Assembly (NCBI RefSeq): GCF_963921235.1
Contig: NC_086097.1
Span: 159,218,001-159,282,000 of the forward strand
Origin: Mobula hypostoma
Taxonomy: Eukaryota
Length of the DNA stretch: 64,000 nt
Direction: 5' to 3'
Shown here piece after piece: positions 1 to 12,000 of the stretch. The stretch's first letter is position 1; the number at the start of each line of letters is the position of its first letter. The notes beneath the pieces are model-generated. The model did no database searches. It worked only from the letters and a program-made list of their open reading frames with translations, and was not told the origin of the DNA. Made by a program: the position numbers and the translations under genes.

Positions 1-2935
1 AGAGGGAGAAAAAGGAGCGAGAGAGAAAGAATGTGTGTATATATAAATAAATAACGGATGGGGTACGAGGGGGAGGTGGGGCATTAGCAGAAGTTAGAGA
101 AGTCAATGTTCATGCCATCAGGTTGGAGGCTACCCAGACGGAATATAAGGTGTTGTTCCTCCAACCTGAGTGTGGCTTCATCTTTACAGTAGAGGAGGCC
201 GTGGATAGACATGTCAGAATGGGAATGGGATGTGGAATTAAAATGTGTGGTCACTGGGAGATCCTGCTTTCTCTGGCGGACAGAGCGTAGGTGTTCAGCA
301 AAACGATCTCCCAGTCTGCGTCGGGTCTCGCCAATATATAGAAGACCACATCGGGAGCACCGGACGCGGTATATCACCCCAGCCGACTCACAGGTGAAGT
401 GTCGCCTCACCTGGAAGGACTGTCTGGGGCCCTGAATGGTGGTAAGGGAGGAAGTGTAAGGGCATGTGTAGCACTTGTTTCGCTTACAAGGATAAGTGCC
501 AGGAGAGAGATCACACCTCGCACTTCCCATTTCTACCTCCTACCCAAGATCCACAAACCTGCCTGTCCTGGCAGACCTATTGTCTCAGCTTGCTCCTGCC
601 CCACCGAACTTGTTTCTGCATACCTCGACATGGTTTTGTCCCCCCTTGTTCAATCCCTTCCTACCTATGTTCGTGACACTTCTCACGCTCTTAAACTTTT
701 CGATGATTCTAAGTTCCCTGGCCCCCACCACTTTATTTTCACCATGGATGTCCAGTCCCTATATACTTCCATCCCCCATCAGGAAGGTCTCAAAGCTCTC
801 CACAACTTTTTGGATTCCAGACCTAATCAGTTCCCCTCTACCTCCACTCTGCTCCGTCTAGTGGAATTAGTCCTTACTCTTAATAATTTCTCCTTTGGCT
901 CCTCCCACTTCCAGCAAACTAAAGGTGTAGCTATGGGCACCCATGTGGGTCCTAGCTATGCCTGCCTTTTTGTTGGCTTTGTGGAACGATCTATGTTCCA
1001 AACCTATTCTGGTATCGGTCTCCCACATTTCCCCCACCTGGAGGCTGGTGGGGTGGTAGGTGAGGACCAGGGGAACCCTATTCCTAGTGGGATGACGGGA
1101 GGATGGAGTGAGAGCAGATGTGCGTGAAATGGGGGAGATGCGTTTAAGAGCAGAGTTGATGGTGGAGGAAGGGAAACCCCTTTCTTTAAAAAAGGAGGAC
1201 ATCTCCTCCTCGTCCTGGAATGAAAAGCCTCATCCTGAGAGCAGATGCGGCGGAAACGGAGGAATTGCGAGAAGGGGATGGCATTTTTGCAAGAGACAGG
1301 GTGAGAAGAGGAATAGTCCAGATAGCTGTGAGAGTCAGTAGGCTTATAGTAGACATCAGTAGATAAGCTGTCTCCAGAGGTAGAGACAGAAAGAACTAGA
1401 AAGGGGAGGGAGGTGTTGGAAATGGACCAGGTAAACTTGAGGGCAGGGTGAAAGTTGGAGGCAAAGTCAATGAAGTCAACGAGCTCAGCATGCGTGCAGG
1501 AAGCAGCGCCAATGCAGTCGTCGATGTAGCGAAGGAAAAGTGGGGGACAGATACCAGAATAGGCACGGAACATAGATTGTTCCACAAACCCAACAAAAAG
1601 GCAGGCATAGTTAGGACCCATACGGGTGCCCATAGCTACACCTTTAGTTTGGAGGAAGTGGGAGGAGCCAAAGGAGAAATTATTAAGAGTAAGGACTAAT
1701 TCCACTAGACGGAGCAGAGTGGTGGTAGAGGGGAACTGATTAGGTCTGGAATCCAAAAAGAAGCGTAGAGCTTTGAGACCTTCCTGATGGGGGATGGAAG
1801 TATATAGGGACTGGACATCCATGGTGAAAATAAGGCGGTGGGGGCCAGGGAACTTAAAATCATCGAAAAGCTTAAGAGCGTGAGAAGAGTCACGAACATA
1901 GGTAGGAAGGGATTGAACAAGGGGGGATAAAACCGTGTCGAGGTATTCAGAAACGAGTTCGGTGGGGCAGGAGCAAGCTGAGACAATAGGTTGGCCAGGA
2001 CAGGCAGGTCTGTGGATGTTGGGTAGGAGGTAGAAACGGGAAGTGCGAGGTGTGGGAACTATAAGGTTGGTAGCAGTGGATGGGAGATCCCCTGAGCGGA
2101 TAAAGTCGGTGATGGTGTGGGAGACAATGGCCTGGTGCTCCTTTGTGGGGTCACGATCGAGGGGTAAATAACAGGAGGTATCCGTGAGTTGTCGCTGTGC
2201 CTCGGCAAGGTAGAGGTCAGTGCGCCAGACTACAACAGCACCCCGCTTATCAGTGGATTTAATAGTAAGGTTAGGATTAGTGCGGAGGGAGTGGAGAGCA
2301 GAGCGTTCCGAAGGAGTGAGGTTGGAATGGGGACAAGGTGCGGTGAAGTCGAGACGGTTGATGTCCCGTCGGCAGTTAGCAATAAAGAGATCCAGAGCAG
2401 GCAGAAGACCAGAGCGGGGTGTCCATGAAGAGGAGGAGGGTTGAAGACGAGAGAAGGGGTCATCGGTGGGGGTGGAAGAGTCTTTGCCAAAGAAGTAGGC
2501 TCGGAGACGGAGACGGCGGAAGAAGAGTTCCTCATCATGGCGAACGCGGAACTCACTGAGGTGTGGGCGAAGGGGGACAATGGTGAGACCCTTACTGAGT
2601 ACAGAGCATTCTGCCTCAGACAGTTGAACGTCAGAGGGGATGGTAAAGACCCGGCATAGATGAGAGCTGGGATCAGAGGGGGGAGTGGGGAGGCTGGGGG
2701 TGTCAGTGGAGAGGGGATGGTTGGGGTGAGAGGAAGATGGAGCCTCTGAGGGGCCCAGGAGCTGACGGTAGGATCTGAGGGAGATGGCGTTGCAGAGTGG
2801 TGGTGGGGGAAGAGGAGACGGGAGTCACAATAGCAGCACATAAAGACCTGGCCTGGATTTCAAGGCTGGAGTTGCAGTTGGTGGTTGTGCAATCACTTTG
2901 AAGGTTGGTGGTTGTGCAATCGCTTTGAAGGTGAA
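1..2935 (-). mobile_element. Penelope-like retroelement (Neptune-type), rearranged; 3' end runs off the window start
   Basis: Minus strand encodes the PLE N-terminal motif (VLSKGLTIVP...FFRRLRLRAYFF), RT (MDVQSLYTSIPH, GVAMGTRMGPNYA, LRYIDD; ORF 1004-1822), a Cys-rich linker (PCKRNKCYTC) and GIY-YIG endonuclease (VIYRVRCSRCGLLYIGET; ORF 84-530). Frameshift near 1207. Closely matches the copy at 43247-45333. Confidence 0.95.
512..1032 (+). repeat. Inverted duplicate of the Penelope RT segment inside the same element
   Basis: Reads TPRTSHFYLLPKIHK...GVAMGTHVGPSYAC on the plus strand. It is the reverse complement of about 1534-2054 and replaces roughly 150 bp present in the 43-45 kb copy (about 44325-44472). 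Confidence 0.92.
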
Positions 2936-2959
2936 TGCTTTTTCAAGCTCTGCTGCGGA

Positions 2960-3100
2960 CCTGCACGGGAACACTTCTCCACTGTCTGATGTTTTCCCTT
3001 CCCTCTCTTGACAGTCACCCCTTTATCTGTCTCCTATAGACTTGGAATGACTGCCTCCCTGTAGCTCCTGTCTATCACCTCCTCACTCTCCTCACAGTGA
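2960..3100 (-). mobile_element. Short degraded fragment resembling the CR1 LINE ORF1 region
   Basis: Reverse complement (gaggaggtgatagacaggagctacagggaggcagtc...gtgactgtcaagagagggaaggg) resembles CR1 ORF1 N-terminal sequence. Recognition only, no ORF. Confidence 0.4.
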
Positions 3101-3296
3101 GAGTCTGTACCGCTATCAATCAATTAGAAGTGTTTGTTCAACCTAATGATAAGTTTCTGATCCACCCTGTCACAGAGAAACTTACCTTCAGGGTACTTAG
3201 TGCTCCTCGGATATAGTCTGCTTTTATCAGCAGGCAAGGCATTGCTGTCACTGTGCTGTATTTTGCCTAGTATGCAGGACCAGACTTCTTCCTGAT

Positions 3297-4565
3297 GGCC
3301 CCAGTGAAATCAAACAGAGTTGATTATTGACCCTTATCCACAGTGAAAGATGTCATAAATAAATCAATGTAATGTGGAAGTTGCTTCAAGAACAGCCAGA
3401 GAGGTGTTTGCTTTGATTATTTGTAAATAAATGACTTCTACTGGGAGATGTTGAGTTCAGGTCAAAAAGGAAACTCACTTCTTATAAAATACTTCAATAT
3501 AATCTTCAACTTCTACCTAAAATACAAAGGCATGCAGACAAGATCTGCTTGTAACGTTTCACGTGATGGAGCCCTGATTGTATTTTACACTTTGCTTGCA
3601 ACCATATATTCCACAAAAGCTTTATTGATCCATGACTTGTAGAGAACAGAATCTGCCCCGTGTGTATATGTGACATTCAGAAAGCTCTTGGATTTGGGAT
3701 TGAATCAGAAGAGGCTGAAAGAGTACTTCCATGGTCTTCAAGGAATAAATAAGCATTCTCATTCGGATAACTTACAGAACAGCTCGTGTTTGAAAAGAAG
3801 CTGCACATACTATACGTAGTATTCTATCAAAATTGTGACATGGGTGCATTCATGAGGTAGTGAGAAAGATACTTTACCTTGCCCTTGATTTTGTAATACA
3901 CGAATCAGCTTGAAGATAACATGATGAAGGAAAGTATTTTTGAGAACTGACTTTGTTCCTCTTAATAAAAGCACAACAACCACTGAAAAAGAGACAACCT
4001 GACTTTATTGTTTATACATCGCTACAAAAAATTCTACCAAGATCATGGTCTTGAATATAAGTTAAATAAAATTCTGAATTTCTTAAAAATTGTGACAATC
4101 AATAATCACATCGCAAATGCTTGCTCCACCTAAGAGTTGAACTTACCATGCAGTTTATGGGTAAAACACATTTCTTTGTAGTGTTTACTGCTCCTCAGGT
4201 ATTGTCAGTCGCTCTGCAGCACACGTAATGTTGCCAGACATTTACCGTCACTTGCTGATGTTTATTTGCTGTTGGATAGGATTTGACTTGAGCCTGATAG
4301 TCCCAGTGAAAAGAAGCAGAGCCAATTGCAGACTCTCTGCAGTGGAGATGGCCATAAATAAATCAATATGATGTGGAAGCTTGCCTGAAGTGCTGCCAAG
4401 GGGAACACTTGCAGTACTGCACACAAATAATTTCTATTGGGCAAGGCTAAGTACAGGACAAAAGGAGAACTTTCTTGTCTTTTTCTGGAATTTTCAACTC
4501 CTACTTAAACCCCAGGAACCTCTTATAATAGCGTTTCACCTGACGGCATCTCTGTTGATTGCTGT
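3297..4565. repeat. Two diverged copies (about 3297-3580 and 4300-4565) of an old interspersed repeat, possibly Deu-domain SINE related
   Basis: Shared blocks in the same order: cccagtgaaa, cataaataaatcaat-tgtggaag, caaaa-gga-aact, cgtttcac-tga-gg. Similar sequence near 37985-38220 and 53500-53990. Confidence 0.5.
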
Positions 4566-4842
4566 GCATAATTTGGATATTTAATAGTTCATTAGTGTTT
4601 AATGATCCAAGTATTGATATGCTCATGTGGCCAGATCCTTTAAAAGTTCTGAAGATCCAATAATTATCTATTTTTCCAGCAGCATTTCAGATACTGTATG
4701 TAATTATGTGTGTGTAGACATTTGCTTGTTCAGTTATCCATTAGTTGTGAGCCTAAACTTCCAATTTAGTTTCAGGAAATCCGTGATTATGTTTTAGAAG
4801 CAACATCTACTCTGAGACAGATTATGAGAAGTCAGACATGTG

Positions 4843-6235
4843 TGAATCAGAATCAGAATTGAGTTTATTATCATTGACATTGTTGTTTGTGGCAGTAGTA
4901 CAGGGCAAGGCATAAAAATTACTCTTAAGGTACAAAATAAATGAATTGTGCAAAAGACAAATAGCAACATAGCGTTCATCTGTTCACGGACCATCCAGAA
5001 ATATGAATACAGAGGGGAAGAAGCTGATACTAAACTGTTTATTGTGGGTCTTCAGGATCCTGTACCTCCTCCTTGATGGTAGCAATGAGAAGAAGCCATG
5101 TGCTCTGTGATGGTGTCCTTGGTGATGGATGATTCATCTTTGAGGCACTGAATTTTGAAATTATCCTCAGTACTGGGGAGGCTAGTACCCATGACACAGC
5201 TGGCTGAGTTTATAACTTTCTGCAGCTTTTTATGATGCTATGAAGTGGCTCTTTCTTATCAGATGGTGATGCAAACAGTAAGAATGCTCTCCACGGTACA
5301 CCTGTAGAAATTTGTGAGTCTATGGTGACATACCAAGTATAGCCACTGTTATGCCTTCTTTGTAATTGTATCAATATATTGGGTCCAGGTTATATTTTCA
5401 GAGATGTTGACACTCAGGAACTTGAAACTGCTCACACTTTCCACTGTTGATCCATTGATGAGGGCTTGTGTGCATTGCCTTTACTTCTCCCTCCTGAAGT
5501 TCACAATTCCTGTTGTTACTGATATTGAGTGCTGTTGTGTCACCACTCAGCCAACTGATTTATCTTGCTCCTCTACGTGCCATTGTCACCGTCTGAAATT
5601 CTGCCATCAGTAGTTGTGTCATTAGCATATTTATAGATGGCACACCTATGGTGTTTGAGCTGTGCCTATCCACACAGTTATGGTGGGCCAAGCACACATC
5701 CTCGAAATACACCTGTGTTGATTGTCAGCACAGCAGAGATATTATTACCAATTCACACTGGCTGTGGTCTTTTGATAAAGAAGGCAAGGATCCTGTCACA
5801 GAGGGAGGTCCAGATGCCCAGGTTTTGAAACTTGATGATTGGGGGATGATGGTGTTGAATGTCAAGTTGTAATCAATAAATAGCAGCTTGACTTAGGTAT
5901 TGCTGTTGCCCAGGTGGTTCAAGGCCAAGTGGAGAGCCAGTGAGATTATGTCTGTAGCAGATCTGTTGCGGCAGTAGGCAAATGGCAGAGAGTCCAAGTC
6001 ATTGCTCAGACAGAAGTTAATCCTACCTCTGATCAACCTCTCAGAGTACTTTACAATAGATGTGAGCACGACCAGGTGATTGTTATTGAGGCAGCTCTCC
6101 TTGCTCTTCTTGGGTACTGATATGATTGATGCCCTTTTGAAGCAGGAGAGAACTTCAACTGCAGTAGTGAAAGGTTGAAGATGTCCTTGAACTCTCCAGC
6201 CTTCACAGATTTTCAGCATCCTGCAAGGTACACCA
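4843..6235 (-). mobile_element. Degraded Rex1/Babar-type LINE (3' half of RT)
   Basis: ORF 5893-6219 (CFKRASIISVPKK...DLDSLPFAYCRNRSATDIISLALHLALNHL) is an RT N-terminal region. 3' tail (ttctga)n with aataaa at about 4845-4870 on the minus strand. Confidence 0.8.
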
Positions 6236-6244
6236 GCAAGGTCT

Positions 6245-6712
6245 GAATTAGGTCATTTAAGCCATCAAGTCTGCTCTACCATTCCATTAGGGCTGATTTA
6301 TTATCCCTTTCAACCCCATTTTCTTACCTTCTCCCCGTAAGCTTTTAAGCACATATTAATCTCTGAACCTATTAATCTCTGCTTTAAATATACCCAATGA
6401 CTTGGCCTCCACAGTTGTCTGTGGCAATAAGTTAGCTAAATTCACCACCATCTGACTAAAGAAATTCCTTTTCATTTCTGTTCTAAAGGGGTGTGCTTCT
6501 ATTCTGAATCTGTGCCATCTAGTCCTAAACTCTCTCATTATAGGAAACATCCACTGTATGTAGACCTTTCAATATTCAATAGGTTTTAATGAGATCTCCC
6601 CTCATTCTTCTAAAATCCATGAGGATGTGCTCAGAGCCATCCAATGTTCCTCATATGTTAACTCTTTCATTCCCGTAATCATTGTTGTAAACCTCCCCTG
6701 GACCCTCTCCAA
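6245..6712 (-). mobile_element. CR1 LINE 3' fragment
   Basis: ORF 6356-6550 (TRWHRFRI...FRTEMKRNFFSQMVVNL) matches the CR1 ORF2 C-terminus seen at 11842-12612. Confidence 0.85.
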
Positions 6713-7487
6713 GGGTGCAGAAGGATGGCTTGTGAGGTTCACCCTTTCGAAGAAATGTTTTGACATTGGTTTCTGAGGAAGAGATCATATGGTCACCTGA
6801 TGCTGTGGGGATTCACACAGGAGTTTTATTCTCCCTTTCACAGCATGAATGAAAGGTCTTGAACTCATCAGGGAATAAAGCATTACTGTGAATTCTAATT
6901 GGAAACGTTGCCTTATATAAGAAATAGATTGAATGGAAATTAAATATTAATGGACCAGAGTTAATTGCAAAATTTGGCATTCCCAATATGGAGTGAGGAT
7001 CGCGGGAAGGACAATTTGGAAGTCTTCCAGCATAAATCATCTAACTTGTTAACTTAAATTGTTGAGCTTAGGAGAGCAGTGTAAATGGTAGAATGTGTAA
7101 AATTAATATATATTGTTCATTTTTCCATCAAAATTTGCATCCTGGTATTAATTATTAGACTAAACAAACCTTTTGCTTCTTGGATTAGCCAATTTCATTG
7201 TATGAGTTTATATGCTGTAATGTAGTGGTCACCAACCTTTTTAAGCCCAAGATCCCCTACCTCAGCCTTAGTGAAAGGCAAGATCTACCCACTAAATCGT
7301 TTAGAGAGAAAACAACTCAGATTGTACTTCCAACTTGAGGCCTTTTATTTGGGCTAATTGTATTTTAATTACATAAAATGCTTCTGTCAAACTTCCAAAT
7401 TAGTTCAACCAAGAAAACATTGTAACTAGCATATCAAACAGGCCATAGCTGTCTTTCTTTAAGAATATTACAATACTTCATACCTTT

Positions 7488-8482
7488 TGTAGTAACTTCT
7501 ATTTTGAAAAAGGATCGCTCGACAACTTCGTGTCCAAAGGAACAACTTTATCTGGGACGGCAAAACCAATGTGGCAGAGGGGCTTATACACACATGCGCA
7601 GGAAAGACTGGAAGTAATACCCCACAACCCCGGAAACAACTTCTGTTTACAAACAGCTTTCCGTAGCGGGAGTATTGCTATATTACCATTATCCTAATTG
7701 GTATTAACTTACCTTTATAATGCTCACATTACAACACTTCTCCCCCTTTAAATTCCAACATTCCCCAAATGTAAAAGAACTGGGAAACAAAAACAGTGGT
7801 GTCATTATCTTGCATACCTCTGAAACTTATACTAGTGTCTAGGCTTGCCAACTTTCTCTGTCCCAAATAAGGGACAAAAGTAGCAGTCAAATACCGGAGA
7901 CTTGTGTTTACCCCGAGAAAGACTACCATGACCATGAAGCATTGCACGGGCACTTGTGTGCGCATGCATGATGTGCGCATACATGATGTGAGCATATGTG
8001 TACGTGCCGATTTTTTTCTACAAATCGGTTTTGGCTTAATCTTCCCAATTCTGTTAAGTGAAACTACACTGTACATACATTATTTCTACTTTATATAGGC
8101 TGTGTATTTATCATATCATTCCTGCTTTTACTATATGTTAGTGTTATTTTAGGTTTTATGTGTTATTTGGTATGATTTGGTAGGTTATTTTTTGGGTCTG
8201 GGGACGCTTGAAAATTTTTCCCATATAAATTAATGGTAATTCCTTCTTCACTTTACGCCATTTTGGCTTACAAATGTTTCATAGGAACGCTCTACCTTAG
8301 CAGGAGAAATACAGGACAAGGTTGGTCCTGTATGGAACAAACCAATTTAGCCCAATATACAGGATGTCCCGGCTAATACAGGACAATTGGCAACCCTACT
8401 CATGTCTCAGTAACAGTTTACCAATACAAAACATCTGAAAAATGTGGCAGATTCAACATTCAGTCTAACAAAGGAAACTGTC
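7488..8482 (-). repeat. Older Gypsy LTR plus 3' internal fragment embedded in the hAT element (interrupted by the MITE at 7840-8398)
   Basis: 7488-7839 aligns by eye with 9041-9372 (tgt-gtaacttcta...aatgctcacattac, polypurine tract, aaacttatactagt). 8405-8482 aligns with 9375-9398 plus 12700-12763. A further partial LTR copy lies at about 8845-9000. Confidence 0.8.
7840..8398. mobile_element. hAT-type MITE with TAGGGTTGCCAA-like TIRs
   Basis: Ends taggcttgccaa / ttggcaacccta. Imperfect 8-bp TSD ctagtgtc / ctcatgtc. Removing it restores sequence colinear with 9361-9395. Confidence 0.8.
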
Positions 8483-9040
8483 CATTCAAATATTTATTCT
8501 GTCAGGAGATTTGCGACGGCACTGTGCCGCAACAGACGAAATCTATGTACAGGAGCTGTCTTACTGGCAGACACCTCACAGACTGTCTTAAACTGGCTGC
8601 CTGTCATTATGAGCCAAATTTCAGGGAACTAGCAGAAAGTATGCAGCCCCAGTCATCACACTGAGTGCAACAGTCAATTTTTATTCATTTATTTTTCGTG
8701 TTGAAATAAAATTAAATAATGAAACATAGAATTAAAGATGCTGTAATGTGAACATTATAAAAATAAGTAATACTAATTATGATAGTATTTCTGGGTTGCA
8801 GGGTTTTACTTCCTTTCTTTTCTACCATGGTGCATGGCAGGGGAGCTACAGACATGCACACTGGACAGAAAGAACGGAACTAAAACCCTGCAACCCAGAA
8901 ACAATCTCTCTTTACAAGCAGCTTTCAATAGCAGAAGTATTGCTATATTACCATTATCCTAATTAGTATTACTTATTTTTATAATACTCACACTACAACA
9001 GTATTTGTGTATTTATTTTTCATTTTTCGGGATCTACTGG

Positions 9041-12000
9041 TGTGGTAACTTCTACCTTGAAAAAGGCACAGTCGACAACTTCGTGCCCAAGAAACAACTT
9101 TATCTCGATCTTCAAAACCGTTATGTATATAGTGAGGCTTTCATAACCCGTACTGCACGGCAGGGACACTATATACAAAGCCCACCAGAAGTAAAAAGAA
9201 CGGAAGTAAAACACCCCCATTATCCTAATTAGTATTAATTTACTTTTAATAATGCTCACATTACACACTTCCCCCCGCCCTTTAAAATCCAACATCCCCA
9301 AATGTAAAAAAAACTAGGAAATGAAAACAGTGGTGTTATTAACTTGCATACCCCTGAAAACTTATACTAGTACCTCAGCAACAGTTTATCAATACAAAAT
9401 AGAATAGAAATAGGAGGATAGAAATAGGAATAGAAATAGGAGGATATTTCAGATGAATATGTGGCTTGAAAAATGGTGCAAGGGGGAGGGAATCAAATTT
9501 CTGGGGCATTGGAACCAGATCTGGAGGAGGTGGGACCGGTACAAACAGGACGGTCTGCACCTGGGCTGGACTGGAACCAATGCCCAAGGGGGAGCGTTTG
9601 CTACTGTTGTTCAGGAGGATTTAAACTAATGTGGCAGGGGGATGGGAACAAGTGCAGAGAGACAGAGGGGTGTAAAATGAGGGTAGAAGCAAAAAGTAGG
9701 AAGGTGAAAAGTAAAAGTGGCAGGCTGGCAAATCCAGGGCAAAAATCAAAAAGGGCCACTTTTCAACATAATTCTATAAGGGCTAAGAGTGTTGTAAAAG
9801 CAAAATTGAAGGTATTGTGTGGCAATGCAAGGAGCATTCGTAACAAGGTGGATGAATTGAATGTGTAGATAGTTATTAATGAATATGATATAGTTGGGAT
9901 CACAGAGACATGGCTCCAGGGTGACCAAGGATGGGAGCTCAACATTCAGGGATATTCAATATTCAGGAGGGATAGACATGAAAGAAAAGGAGGTGGGGTG
10001 GCATTGCTGGTTAGAGAGGAGATTAACACAATAGAAAGGAAGGACATCAGCCGGGAGGATGTGGAATCGATATGGGTAGAGCTGCATAACACTAAGGGGC
10101 AGAAAACGCTGGTGGGAGTTGTGTACAGGCCACCTAACAGTAGTAGTGAGGTTGGGGATGGCATTAAATAGGAAATTAGAAATGTGTGCAATAAAGGAAC
10201 AGCAGTTATAATGGGTGACTTCAATCTACGTATAGATTGGGTGAACCAAATTGGTAAGGGTGCTGAGGAAGAGGATTTCTTGGAATGTATGCGGAATAGT
10301 TTTCTGAACCAACATGTCAAGGAACCAACTAGAGAACAGGCCATTCTAGACTGGGTATTGAGCAATGAGGAAGGGTTAGTTAGCAATCTTGTCGTGCGAG
10401 GCCCCTTGGGTAAGAGTGACCATAATATGGTGGAATTCTTCATTAAGATGGAGAGTGATATAGTTAATTCAGTAGTAAAGGTTCTGAACATAAAGAAGGG
10501 TAACTTTGAAGGTATGAGACGTGAATTAGCTAAGATAGACTGGCAAATGATACTTAAAGGGTTGAGGGTGGATATGCAATGGCAAGCATTTAAAGGTTGC
10601 ATGGATGAACTACAACAATTGTTCATCCCAGTCTGGCAAAAGAATAAACTAGGGAAGGTAGTGCATCCGTGACTGACAAGAGAACTTAGGGATAGTATCA
10701 ATTCCAAAGAAGAAGCATACAAATTAGCCAGAAAAAGCAGCACACCTGAGGACTGGGAGAAATTCAGAGTCCAACAGAGGAGGACAAAAGGCGTAATTAG
10801 GAAAGGGAAAAAAGATTATGAGAGAAAACTGGCAGGGAACATAAAAACTGACTGTAAAAGCTTTTATAGATATGTGAAAAGAAGAAGATTGGTTAAGACA
10901 AATGTAGGTCCCCTACAGACGGAAACAGGTGAATTGATTATGGGGAACAAGGACATGGTAGACCAATTGAATAACTACTTTGGTTCTGTCTTCACTAAGG
11001 AGGACATAAATAATCTTCCGGAAATAGTAGGGGACCGAGGGTCTAGTGAGATGGAGGAACTGAGGGAAATACATGTTACTAGGGAGGTGGTGTTAGGTAA
11101 ATTGAAGGGATTAAAGGCAGATAACTCCCCAGGGCCAGATGGTCTGCATCCCAGAGTGCTTAAGGAAGTAGCCCAAGAAATAGTAGATGCATTAGTGATA
11201 ATTTTTCAAAACTCTTTAGATTCTGGATTAGTTCCTGAGGATTGGAGGGTGGCTAATGTAATCCCGCTTTTTAAAAAAGGGGGGAGAGAGAAACGGGGAA
11301 TTATAGACCGGTAAGCCTGACATCGGTTGTGGGGAAAATGCTAGAGTCAGTTATCAAAGATGTGATAACAGCACATTTGGAAAGTGGTGAAATCATCGGA
11401 CAAAGTCAGCATGGATTTGTGAAAGGAAAATCATGTCTCACGAATCTCATAGAATTTTTTGAGGATGTAACTGGTGGAGTGAATAGGGCAGAACCAGTGG
11501 ATTTGGTATATTTGGATTTTCAAAAGGCTTTTGACAAGGTCCCACACAGGAGATTAGTGTGCAAACATAAAGCATACGGTATTGGGGGTATGGTATTGAT
11601 GTGGATAGAGAATTGGTTGGCACACAGGAAGCAAAGAGTGGGAATAAACGGGACCTTTTCAGAATGGTAAGCAGTGACTAGTGGGGTACTGCAAGGCTCA
11701 GTGCTGGGACCCCAGTTGTTTACAATATATATTAATGACTTTGACGAGGGAATTAAATGTAGAATCTCCAAATTTGCGGATGACACGAAGCTTGGAGGCA
11801 GTGTTAGCTGTGAGGAGGATGCTAAGAGGATGTAGGGTGACTTGGATAGGTTAGGTGAATGGGCAAATTCATGGCAGATGCAATTTAATGTGGATAAATG
11901 TGAGGTTATCTACTTTGGTGGCAAGAACAGGAAAACAGATTATTATCTGAATGGTGGCCGATTAGGAAAAGGGGAGGTGCAACGAGACCTGGGTGTCATT

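Noticed and set aside
3186..4200. Minus-strand splice-donor-like sites (cttac at about 3181, 3873, 4142) suggesting host exons
   Set aside because: Translations give no recognisable protein and acceptors are unconvincing.
9946..10743. 265-aa minus-strand ORF
   Set aside because: Antisense shadow of the CR1 endonuclease region, Ser/Leu-rich with no domain motifs.
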